A DNA stretch of 64,000 nt. It comes from the human T2T-CHM13v2.0 reference genome, Homo sapiens. The notes below the pieces were generated by a model. That model made no database searches and was not told where the DNA came from. It worked only from the letters and a program-made list of their open reading frames with translations. Made by a program: the position numbers and the translations under genes. This document shows, in pieces, positions 38,960 through 50,840 of the stretch. Position 1 is the first letter of the stretch; every line of letters begins with the position of its first letter. The stretch lies in assembly GCF_009914755.1 (NCBI RefSeq), contig NC_060926.1; one strand, 5' to 3'.

Positions 38960-41900
38960 GGACAATCATTATTTCAAATGAAAGGGGAGATTTAAGGTTG
39001 CAAATGAAATGAAGGTTGCTAATCAACTAATCATAAATCATAGCGAGATTATTCCGGATTATCTAGGGAAGCCCAATATAATCACAGATTTCCTTAAACT
39101 GTAAGTGGGAGGCAGAAGAAGAGAAACAAGAATATTTGACCATGGTCACAGAAATTAGATATTTTCTGGCTTTGAAGATGGAGAAAGAGGCTCATAACCC
39201 AGTGAATGCAGAATGCAGGTAGACTATAGAAAATGGACAAGACAAAAAAAACCTTCAAAAGGGAATACAGCTTTTCTAAGACCTTGAATTTGTTCCTGGA
39301 GAACCACATCAGACTTCTGACCTACAGAACTGTGAAATATTAAATTTATGTTGTCCTAAGCCACTAAGTTTGTGGCAATTTGCTATAACAGCTAGAGGAA
39401 ACTACTACAGATTTTGGTACCTGGAAGTGGAATGGAATTATAATAAATACCTAAAAAGTATGGACGTGGCATTAGAATTCGGCAGTGGAAAGAAGCTGGA
39501 AGAAGTTTGAGGAGCATGATAGTAAAAGCCTAAACTGCTTTGAGCAAATTTTTAGTAGTAACATGGATATTAAAAACTCTGCTAGGGAAGATATAGAAGA
39601 AAATGAGTGTCATGGCAGAGCAAACATATACTGCTTTAGATAATGCTTAAAAATTAACTGACTGTAGAAATATGGACATTAAGGGAACTGCTGGTGAAGG
39701 TTCAGAAGGAAATGCAAAACATGTTTGTGGAAATTTGAGTAGAAGGGATCATTGTTATGTACCGATAGAAAGCTTAGTAGAATTATTTACCACAGTTATA
39801 TGAAAAGCAGGACTTGCCTATGAGGAAAAATGACTTTTAACTGAAAAGATGTCAAGAAAAGTGTGAAAGGTACAGCCTGGTTTCTTCTTACTGCTCATAA
39901 TAAAATGATGGAGGAAGAAGATAAACAGAAGAACTGTTAAACAAAAAGAAAGCAAAACTTGATGATTTGGTAAATTCTCAGCCTTCCCAGATGACAAAAG
40001 ACAAAAATTGGATTTACTCTTAGGAAATAAACACTCAGGATGTGATGGAACAACCTATTGTGCAATCAATAGTTGAGATGGTCAATTAGAACACATGTCA
40101 AATGAAAGGAGCAATCAAACCTTTATTCACATACTGTTAGGTTGAAAATAAGAGCAATATATAGGCACTAGCTTGCTAATATTCCATTTTTCCCACGAAA
40201 TAGCACTTATAGTGAGTTAAGTGGATACAGAACAGACAAGGAGAATCACCTCATTATCAAAGAGCCCTGAAAAAAAAAGGGTTCTTGGCCTATTTTTGAA
40301 GTGCTGGGCTTGGATGTGGGAAGAGAAGGCAAAGATAGGAGAGAAAAAGTTCTGAGTCAGAGTTGAGAAAAGTGCCTCAGTCAAAGCCTCCAATAATGAA
40401 ATATCAACAGTGTTCAGGAATTTCCTCAGCCAAGGCTCCTACTGATAAGGAGGCTTCTGAATAGAGGCACTGGGGTTCGAATGCAGCGATGCACATGAGC
40501 ATGGTTGACTTGAGGAAAAGGGGCTCACAGTTGAGTACATGACTTTGACTCTCTCCAGAAAACTGGAATGTATTGATTGTTCACAAAGTCTTGTGTGAGA
40601 GGACAGCCTACTCTCATGAGGCCTGCCAGACAAAGCCCTGTAACTGCCTGTACTGGGACCCAAAAGATCTTATGTAGGATATTGGGCTGTAATCAGCCCC
40701 ACGGGATGAAAGGATCCCATTTAGGACTCATCACAGCACAGACTGTGAGATTCAGGCCAGGCAACTGCCCCTAGTTTAGAAGTTGTGAGGAAGAGATGAA
40801 CACAGCTGGCCTGACTGCTATCTTTTGATAGGCCTGATTCCAAGATTGGCCTTTGGTAGGCATTTGGAAATTTGGATTTCAGGAAGGCTCTCACCACTCC
40901 AAATGATAAAGAGTGGCTAATTGTCCCTAAACTGTGCAAACAATGTGGTTTCTTCTCAACACTTGCTTTCCTTCTGGGAATCTGGAATTTTGGTACATGC
41001 TAGGCACAGAATGCCTAAGTGACTTGTTCTTAATAAAATCCCTGAGCACTGGGTCTTAATTCCTCAGAAAGATCAAAAGTTCAAAATATGTAGTCACAGA
41101 AAAGGCAATTTGAAGAAATTAAGTGTGTGATTCATTGATCCTCTAAATCATCTCAGCCGAAGCCACAAGTAGCCATGGGGTTATCTAAGAAAGATCCATC
41201 TTGTCTAATGGAGTAAATTCCCCTGACACTCAGGAGAGCCACAAAATTCTTGAGAATTGTATGCCAGCACAAATGCTGTCATTATGAACCTGAATGGACT
41301 GAAAGAATATAAAATGAGGAAAGGTTGTTACACTCTCAAAAGTGTAAAGGCAGGAAAGTCTGGTAATACTATTCAGCTGCAAACATGGGATACCTTTCAG
41401 GAAAAAGAAAAAAAAATGGCCCACAGAGTGGAGTCATGGATCCCCAAGGGCAGAGCAGCACCACATCATCCCCAGGCCTTGAAACCAAATGGGGTTTGCC
41501 CAGCTAGATTTCTATAATTCTTGAACCTAGTCATTCCTTTTTCCTTCCATTTTCTCAGGTTCTGATAGGGAACATCTATCCTATTCGTTTCTCACCATTG
41601 TATTTTAGGAGCAGATAGCTTGTTTTCTAGTTTTTCAGATTTATAAGTAAAAAAGAATTTTGCTCTAGGATGAATTCTATCCAAAACCTCACCCAAACCC
41701 AATTTAGATGATTTACATAATGAAATTCAGGACATTTTAACTGATGAGAATAAAGACTAGTGTTTGGACTTTGAGTTTATACTCTAGTGAGTAAAGACTT
41801 TTTGGAGACCTTAGTGAAGATGAATATATTTTACATGTGACATGGACATGAACCTTTGGAGTCGAGAGGGCATGTTGTGATAGGGACAGTAATGCTTCTA

Positions 41901-42540
41901 CTCACTCCCCAAAAAAGATGTTCACACCCTAATCCTTGGAACATGTAAATATGATAAATTTTATGGTGAAGATGGAATTAAGGTTGCAAATAAGCCGATC
42001 TTAAGGAGATTTTTCTACATTAGGAGGGCTCGATATAATCGCAGAGTATTTCAAAATGGAAAAGAGAGGCAGAAGAGGAGAGTCAGAGAACATGTAAATA
42101 TGTAAATATGATAAATTTTATGGTGAATATGGAATTAAGGTTGCAAATAAGCTGATCTTAATTAAGGAGATTTTTCTACATTAGGAGGGCTCTACATAAC
42201 CGCAGAGGATTTAAAAATGGAAAAGGGAGGCCGAAGAGGAGAGTCAGAGAAAGCCGTGACTGTATGGGAATAATCAGAAAGATGCAAAGTTGCTGGCTTT
42301 GAAGACGGAGGAAGGAGACCACGAATGCAGGTACGCTCTAGAAGACAGAAAAATCAAGAAAACAGATTCTTCCCTAGAACCTTCAGGAAAGAATGCAGCT
42401 CTGAGAACGTGTTGATTTTAGCTCGGTGAGATCTATGTGCAACTTCTAACCCATAGAACTGTAAAATCATGAATTTTTGTTGTTTTAAGCCAGTTTGTGG
42501 TAATTTATAACTATAGTAAAAGCAACAGAAAAGTAATACA
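38960..42540 (+). mobile_element. MLT1D-like MaLR provirus: 5'LTR (to 39409), internal region, 3'LTR (41876-42540)
   Basis: Two related LTRs (aaggttgc..., ttctgacctacagaactgt / ttctaacccatagaactgt) both end in taca. The internal region starts gattttggtacc, and a purine tract precedes the 3'LTR. Confidence 0.85.
40040..41058. mobile_element. LTR-type insertion(s) inside the MLT1 internal region; right part MER68/MER21-like
   Basis: gggaatctggaattttggtacatgctaggca...aataaaatccctgagcactgggtc at 40976-41056. The left part is unassigned. Confidence 0.55.
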
Positions 42541-44439
42541 TCTAGGATTCTAAAAGACTAGATTTATTATTCTTAATCAAATTGTGTTTACAGTTTAGTC
42601 AAAAATACTACTACCCCATTGAATTAACCCAACTTAATGTGTGACTTTTATTTCTTACGCATTGATTATACATTTAAAAAAAATCCCTCCCCACGAGGTC
42701 GACCTACCTCTATTATGAAAATCTTTTGAATAAAAGCCTAAGTCTAATTGAAATCACCATTTGCATCTTTAGAATACCAAATCATTTAAGATATCCATGT
42801 AGATATCATTTTGCTCTATACTGCATCTATAAAATTGCACAGAAGGAAATAAATAATATAGACTTTTTGAATAACAGGATTGAATAAGCCTGTAAAGGCC
42901 AGGATATCTAACAACATCTTTCATGGTTTTATCCTTTCCTTAGCATCCCTTTCAATTTGTTTCTAGTCTCTTTTGTAACATTCTACATTCTGAAGCATCT
43001 TATTCTATCCCTGGATTCTTCAAATCAATGAAATTTTTTTATTGTTTTTGCCTGTAGCTGCCATAGTGTTAAAAGTATGATTAACTCATCATTGTCAGTG
43101 CAAAAACCCTTAGCTGAGAAGCAATGCCTTATTTTTAATAGAGAATAGATGAATTTTAGAACATTTTTGTTCTCTCGGCCTTCTACTCAAGCCTTTTGTA
43201 AATGATTCTGCCACGCTGAGACTTGGCACTTCCTGCTTCTGTCCATCTGTTATAATGGAATTTTGCCGTTTTTTTAAATGTGATAAGACAACTACACTTG
43301 AACATAAGTGCCAGCAAAACACAGACACAATTTTTAAGTATGCATAGCATTTCTAACACTACCCTTTAGGCAATATGCCATGAAGTCTGTGGCAGATTTG
43401 GTCTTCAATGGGGGAAAAATCTGTTTCAAACTCCATGTTCTGCAGAATTACATGTTCTGTTCATGTCAGATTTTATTTTGATCCTACGCCATGTTCAGCA
43501 AAGGGAAAAAAATGAATCACTATTGGCATTGTTAGAGGTCCATCTTCCATATAAAGACACAGAAATCAAATCAAATGTTACATGTGAAAGTAGAATGCAC
43601 CACTCAGATGTGAGGCATTATCATTTTATAACTAACACATATTACTGTGCTTCATACAATAAAATGAATAAATAAGTTATTATAAAATGTTTCCCTGTGT
43701 TTTCATTTTGAATAACTATTTTTGAATTATTTGGCATAGGAAGTAACATTCTAAAGAATAGAATATGTTCTTTAACATTCAAAGATTAACTTATTTGGCA
43801 ATTCTGCATTTACAAAGCAAAGTGACTACTATGTGCATAAGAAGTTTAGCATGCACAGAGCAGGGAGCAGTTGCTACAGAATAAGCTAGAACATGCTTAA
43901 TATTTGTTTTTCCTCATTTCCTAAACTGTTAGAAAAACACTGAATGCTGAATGAATGTTTAGGCTAATGATAAAATAAAAATAGGTTAAAAATTATACAT
44001 GAAGAACAAAGCATGTATTTATAATATTTATATGATAAACACATTTTATATAGTACACATACATTTTTCTCATATTTTTATTTTCTTAGATAGGCTAATG
44101 TATACTAAAAGTAAAATAGGCAATTTTCAGTTGAATACAGTTTTCAGCAACAATCAACGTGATGCTTTAATCCTAAACCAAAATAACAGGGACTAAGTCG
44201 GTGAGATAAAAGAATATTTTTATAATCTAAAGTGATTGGCTTTATTCACCATATATTTGTAAAATAATCCATCTTAACTTCTAAGACTTTTAAACTTGTA
44301 CATTAAATTTCCTTTATGACCTTTCTAAAGAGTCAAGAAGAAAAGGGAAACAGGCATTTTATTTAGTTTTCAACATCATTCATTCATCTTTGTATTGGTA
44401 ATACATTCCCCTAGCTCATAATCTAAAAGGACACAAAGG

Positions 44440-44780
44440 AAATTATTTTTCTCACTTTTGGCAAATTCACTCAGTTCTCCCCAGAGGTAACTAGCATTAT
44501 CAGTTTCTCATGTATCTTTCCCAGGGATAATTTTAATTGTATACTTGTTATATATACATATATACATATATATATATGTATATATGTATGTGAGTGTGTG
44601 TGTATAATGGGCTTGTGTGTATATATATTATATATCTTATCACTTTGCAAACAAATAAGAGCATAAAATGTACAATATTCTTGTATTGTCCATCTAACAG
44701 TATATCAGTTCGTGAGAAGCTTCCATATTCATTATAGTAGCTATCAGATATTTATTTATGTATAAATGCAACAGTCTATT
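44440..44780 (-). mobile_element. L1ME-type 3' fragment with an embedded TA/TG repeat
   Basis: ccccagaggtaactagcattatcagtttctcatgtatctttcc motif. Confidence 0.55.
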
Positions 44781-45264
44781 TTGTTTATAATTAGTTAAAT
44801 AGTATTTGATAAATATGTGGTTTTCAATATATTATCTCATACAATTTTTAATAATTCTATGAAAGAATAACCATTTCATTTTACACATAAGTATTTCAAA
44901 AATCAGAGTTAAGTAATACTTGGTTATGGGACTGGGATTCTCTAGGCCCAAATCCCAAGATATGACATATATCTTAATCCATTTCTGTCTAAGCTCAATT
45001 TCATGCCATTATCTGTTTCAACATGATAAAACTGTGCCTTGACTTTTCAAATTTTCATCAGTGTTTCAATAATTATTTATATTTTAAATAATTATTTAAT
45101 AAAAGTAGAGGTTGAACAAAACAGTAAAACTGAACTGGTTGAGCTATGGCAAAAATTCAAAGTAAATAGTGTTTGTTTGTTTTTTTTAAATCTTGTCAGT
45201 TAAATGAGCCATGCTAGAGAAAATATAGAGAAACTACTCTTGAACACTGATGTCAAGACTATGT

Positions 45265-45655
45265 TTGTGGAAGACAGTGTGGCGATTCCGCAAAGACCTA
45301 AAGACAGAAATACCATTCAACCCAGCAATCTCATTACTGGGAATATACCCAAAGGAAAATAAGTCATTCCATTATAAAGACACATGCACAAATATGCTCA
45401 TTGCAGCACTATTTGCAATAGCAAAGACATGGAATCAACCTAAATGCCCATCAATAATAGACTGAATAAAGAAAATGAGGTACATATATACCCTGGAGTA
45501 CTATGTAGCCATAGAAAAGAACAAGATCATGTCCTTCTTCGGGACACAGAGTTGTGATGAAATAATCTGTACAATAAACCGCCATGACCCAAGTTTACCA
45601 ATGTAACAAAGCTGCTCTTGTACCCCTGAACTTAAGATAGAAGTTAAAAAAAAAA
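45265..45655 (+). mobile_element. Short older L1PA (about PA10-13) 3' end with an internal deletion
   Basis: gtgatgaaataatctgtacaa 3'UTR type with poly(A). The 10-bp TSD AAGACTATGT is at 45255-45264 and 45656-45665. Confidence 0.93.
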
Positions 45656-46434
45656 AAGACTATGTGAACTATTTCAGTGAAATAACATTCAAAAAAGTGA
45701 AAAAAAACCCCACAGAAATAAAACCTTCATATACCTCTTTTATCTTATGGAAAATATTATTTGCTATTGAATTTCTTTTATTACCCTCTATTTTCTAAAG
45801 CTGTCTTTCTCCTCTCTCTTTTATAAGCATCAAAAAGTACTAAAATATATGCTTAGCTCTCATTCAACAGTATTCACTGCCCTCAAATTCTTTATTTAAT
45901 AAAATGATTTAACTAAATTGTGACTAAGGAGTAAATGGCTGACCTCCAAATCTTCTAGAATAAAGATATAATAATAAAGAAGAAGTACTAAAAGTAGAGG
46001 CATTTCAAAAGTCTATTTATTTCTTATGCTTGTGGTAGTCTTCCCTTTTGTTATCACTGAGCTCACAGTTTTCCCTCTTCTCTAAGGACGACAAAATACA
46101 AAAGTGTGCCTTTAGTGATGATGCTTATATTATGTGACTGCTACCACAGCCAGAGTAGTTAGATCTAATCATAGTTCCCTGACATAAGATTGAGCCAATC
46201 AGCTTCTTTATAAGAGGAATTTAAAATCAATCTCGAATTGGAAGAAAAAAGTCATCTTGTGGTTCCACAGAAACAGCAGACTATGGGAGTCTATGGACAT
46301 CTGCTGAGCTCCCACTGAGTCTTTTATTTCCTATATTTTTATTGTTTGACTTTCTTTTATGTTTCCATTAATTATCCTCCCCATTTCTCGGTATTATTGT
46401 TTACTTTAAGCATTGATGTGTCATTTTTTAAAAA

Positions 46435-46890
46435 TTTATTCAACAAATATTTAATATGAATTTTGAACTTCAATATGCTTCATCCTATTTTACGCACTGG
46501 GGATTTTTCAATAAAACCCCAACATGATTTTACACTTGTTGAACTTGCATTTTAAGAAAGACTGAGAGCAACAAGAAAAAAAAATATTATAATCTCATGT
46601 AATGATAAGTGATATGGAGAAAAAAATCTAACATAATATAGAAAGAGAGGAAGTTGGGAAGAAAGATTATTTCAGACAGGAAGCAGAGCCTGTTCATGGA
46701 GAAGTCATTGCTCAGACTTAAATGATAGAAGAAGTGAGATTATAAACCTTAGGACGTTCAAGGGAAATAATATTCTAATGGGGAAGACAAGCATCTTCAA
46801 AGATCCTCATAAAGAACTACACGTTGGTGTGTTAAAAAAATGTATTGAGGAAGGAGGAATGTGGTAGGACAGGAGAAAAGGCAGTCAGGT
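46435..46890 (-). mobile_element. L2 fragment
   Basis: Starts ttattcaacaaatattt (antisense L2 tail); purine-rich body. Confidence 0.65.
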
Positions 46891-47950
46891 GACAATATCT
46901 GAAATAGAGTAAATTTTTACAAATTAATTTACTCTTGGTGATTTACTTTCTTGATTTAAAAATAAAGATTCAGTGACTTCGTGGGTGTGTTGATGTGAGA
47001 TAACATATTAAAATCACATAGCATATTGTTCCATATATAGTATTTGCTTTTCTTCCCTTTGTTAATTATGTTCTTGTTTAAATGTTAAAGTTGAGAGAAA
47101 CTCCTACGCTATTATTATTATAGATTTAGGAATATATATTTGATAAGGCTGTTCAAAATGATAGAAAGACAAAAACTATGATTACAGTTAAGTTATTTGA
47201 AACAGTGCTTGATTTTCCTTGTGTTGATAGTATAATGGTATCTTCTATACACAAATATAATTAACGCACCTGATCTGACATTAATAGACAATATACTTTT
47301 AGTGATATAGTTTGAATTTAATAGTTGAACTGTGTCATTTATCTTTTCTTTTTGATCTTTCTTTTATTGACCATGTACTGAGAGTTTACAGTATGCTAGA
47401 ACTTTTCTTTGAATAACGACTAACCAAACTACCATTTACAATTCCAAAGAGGCAGAGAGGTTGAATTCTGCCCTCATCAGCCTAAATTTAAATCTGGTTA
47501 TGTCTGATTCTAAACTCATGTTATTTGCACTACACTGTCCTGTCAACAATTATCACAAATAGCATCTTTTGAATATTAACTGGATGGGTTTGCATATGTT
47601 GCTTCTGAGAAGGAGCAGGTTTTTCTATTTAACATAGCTTCCCTAGGTATAGACAATACCTTGCCCTCAAATAGGTAATACGGAAACTTGAATGAAAAAT
47701 GGATGAATTAATAAAACTAACAGACAACAACTGCCCAAAATATTTCTGGTGTTACAAAGGGCAGAAACAAATATTTTTCAAGCCTAGTTTAAAAAGACAT
47801 AAAATGTCAAAGCAAATATTAATGCACCAAATTCTAATTAATTGTAGTTTTGAGTTCAAACATTTGGAGAGGTTTGCCTTTTAAAAGATAATCATTTATA
47901 AATCTTACTGTTTTGCCATCTGGTGACATCTTGTGATGCTTATTTATATC

Positions 47951-48053
47951 ATGACATGTTAAAGAAAAGTAATTCCCTTATATAATGACATGTTAAAGAA
48001 AAGTAACTGCCTTATATAATGATATGTTAAAGAAAAGTAATGACATGTTAAAG
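47951..48053. repeat. 34-bp tandem repeat, two full and two partial copies
   Basis: Unit atgacatgttaaagaaaagtaattcccttatata. Confidence 0.93.
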
Positions 48054-48364
48054 GATGATGTTTAGGCTTCACTATTGCAGTTGGGGGTGGCATTTATAAA
48101 TATGGATTATTTGCAAATAGATTTATTTCATATTTTATTCCTTACTTGATACATCAAAAAAAAAAATAAGAATGTGTATTTATATCCTTTTACTTTCCTG
48201 TCTTGCATAGCTTGATGGAAAATGAATTATTTTATGCCTGGTTAGAGATCATTGCAGTGTCTTCTCTCCATGGTTTAGCTGTAATTGTCAAATATTAAAG
48301 TAATCTGCAGTAGAACATGTTCATTTACATAAGGATGAAGTAAGGCTATTTTCAGTGATGTTAC

Positions 48365-48492
48365 CTGAGGTTCTCTGAATTTCTCTCGATACTCTGTCAC
48401 AGCACAGGGCTCCTTCTTCTCAAAAGATGGTGTATTCTCTGAGTTCCAGCTTGACATCTGGCAAGTAGATACATTTGCTGGTCACTGCAGTC
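48365..48492 (-). other. Candidate 128-nt spliced exon, probably non-coding
   Basis: The minus strand reads ttattcttgacag|GACTGC...CCTCAG|gtaaca, and GC content is locally higher. No transcript evidence is available. Confidence 0.3.
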
Positions 48493-48713
48493 CTGTCAAG
48501 AATAATTAATTTTGTAATTCTCTTGGTCTTCTACAACAATAAAATAGTGAAAGTTTTTCACTAATCACACGGAAAAAATACTAAAAGATGAAAGCAGTAA
48601 TATAATCCACAGTATTTCTCAAAGCCCACTGCCCAGTTAATACCAAATTCTTTATTCTCAGAACCATAATTTTAACAAAAGAAGAAAGCAGTGCTAGGTC
48701 TACATGTATTCCA

Positions 48714-48782
48714 TGTGTGTATGTATGTGTGTGTATGTATGCTTATGTGTGTGTGTATGTGTTTGTGTGTGTGTGTGTGTGT
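48714..48782. repeat. Imperfect (TG)n microsatellite
   Basis: Read directly. Confidence 0.95.
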
Positions 48783-48954
48783 AAGGCAACTGTTACTTCA
48801 AGAGTGGTGATGAGCAATAATTTAATTCATTTCTTCAGTTGTTTAAATATAAAAGATTTGTTATCTGTTTTGTTCTAATTCTTTAATTAAATGTTACCTT
48901 CCCTTGCTGTAAAAATTATTTTAAATCTTTCGAAGTGCTTTGCCTTTACAAAAT

Positions 48955-50098
48955 TTTATATATAATTATATATAAATATATATAAATATTATATATATTA
49001 TATATAATATATATTATACATACATATTATATATATAATATATACATATTATATATATAATATATACATATTATATATATAATATATACATATTATATAT
49101 ATAATATATACATATTATATATATAATATATACATATTATATATATTATATATAATATATACATATATATATTATATATAATATATACATATTATATATT
49201 ATATATAAATATTATATATATTATATATAAATATATATATTATATATAAATATTAATATATATAATATATATTATATATAAATATTAATATATATTATAT
49301 ATTATATATAATATTAATATAATATATATTATATATAAATATTAATATATAATATATATTATATATAATATTAATATAATATATATTATATATAAATATT
49401 AATATATATTATATATTATATATAATATTAATATAATATATATTATATATAAATATTATAATATATATTATATATAAATATTATATATAATATTTAAATA
49501 TATATTATATATAAATGTTATATATATTATATATAATATGTATTATATATTATATATATTATATATAATATATATAATATATAAATATTATATATTATAT
49601 ATAATATATAATATATATATTATATATTATATATATTATATATAAATATTATATGTTACGTATAAATATTATATATAATATATAATATTTATATATTATA
49701 TATAAACATTATATATTATATATATTATATATTATATATAAATATATATATATATTATATATTATATATAAATATTATATATCTTATATATAAATATTAT
49801 ATATAATATATATAATATTTACATATTATATATATTATATAAATATTATATATATTATATAAATATTATATATATTATATAAATATTATATATATTATAT
49901 ATAAATATTATATATATTATATAAATATATATAAATATATAAAATATATAAATATGTAAAATTTATATTTATAAATATATAATATAAATATATAAATATA
50001 AATATAAATTATATATAATATATAATATATTATACATAATATATACTATATATAATATATAAGATATATTATAATATATTATATAATATATATATAAA
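48955..50098. repeat. 1.1-kb AT-rich compound repeat
   Basis: Includes a 22-bp unit ATATACATATTATATATATAAT repeated at about 49020-49140. Confidence 0.97.
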
Positions 50099-50714
50099 AT
50101 TCCCTGGTGACAATGCATCAGTACTTGAAAATATCACATTTTAAGAGTTGTGAAAATTAAGTGAAATAATTTATATAATACACATTGCAAAACATACAGT
50201 AGCCATTCAATAAGTGTAATCTATCCCCCTTCCATCTATCTGGCATTCTTTGAGTAGGAAAAAATATTACCAGCTTTGTAATAAGAACCATTTTCATATT
50301 AAAACTACTTAATAAAAATAAAATAATTTCATTAATTTAATAAAAATATCAACTTTTATGGAGTTAAAATTAAATGAGATTGCACATACATAGAATATAT
50401 AGTATATACCTCATTTAATTATATATATTCTGTATATAGAATATATAAATTTAAATGAGACTAAATATATGGAATATTAAAAATCTATACATTCTATATT
50501 CTGTACATAGAGAATTCTATATAATTCTATATTCTATATAATATATAGACTATATTATATAATATATAGACTATATTATATAATATATAGTATGTAGAAT
50601 TTTAATAATTTAATATTTTAATACATTAATATATATTAATACTTTTATGTGTTTTAATTATATATTAATATTTTATTATATTAATATATTCTCTATGCGC
50701 TTATAAACTATGAT

Positions 50715-50840
50715 TATCATCATTATTTTACACAGGGCAAGCTACCAAGGAAAAAGGTATCCTTTGATCACACAACCAGCAAGTGGTAAAGCTAGGATTT
50801 GAACCCAAGCTATGTCTCAGTTCTAACCACTTTACTGTTA
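50715..50840 (-). mobile_element. MIR fragment
   Basis: cacacaaccagcaagtggtaaagctaggatttgaacccaag. Confidence 0.8.

Noticed and set aside
47951-48053. Repeat-spacer look of atgacatgttaaagaaaagtaa units (CRISPR-like)
   Set aside because: The intervening sequences are near-identical, the context is eukaryotic and no cas genes are present; it is a simple tandem duplication.
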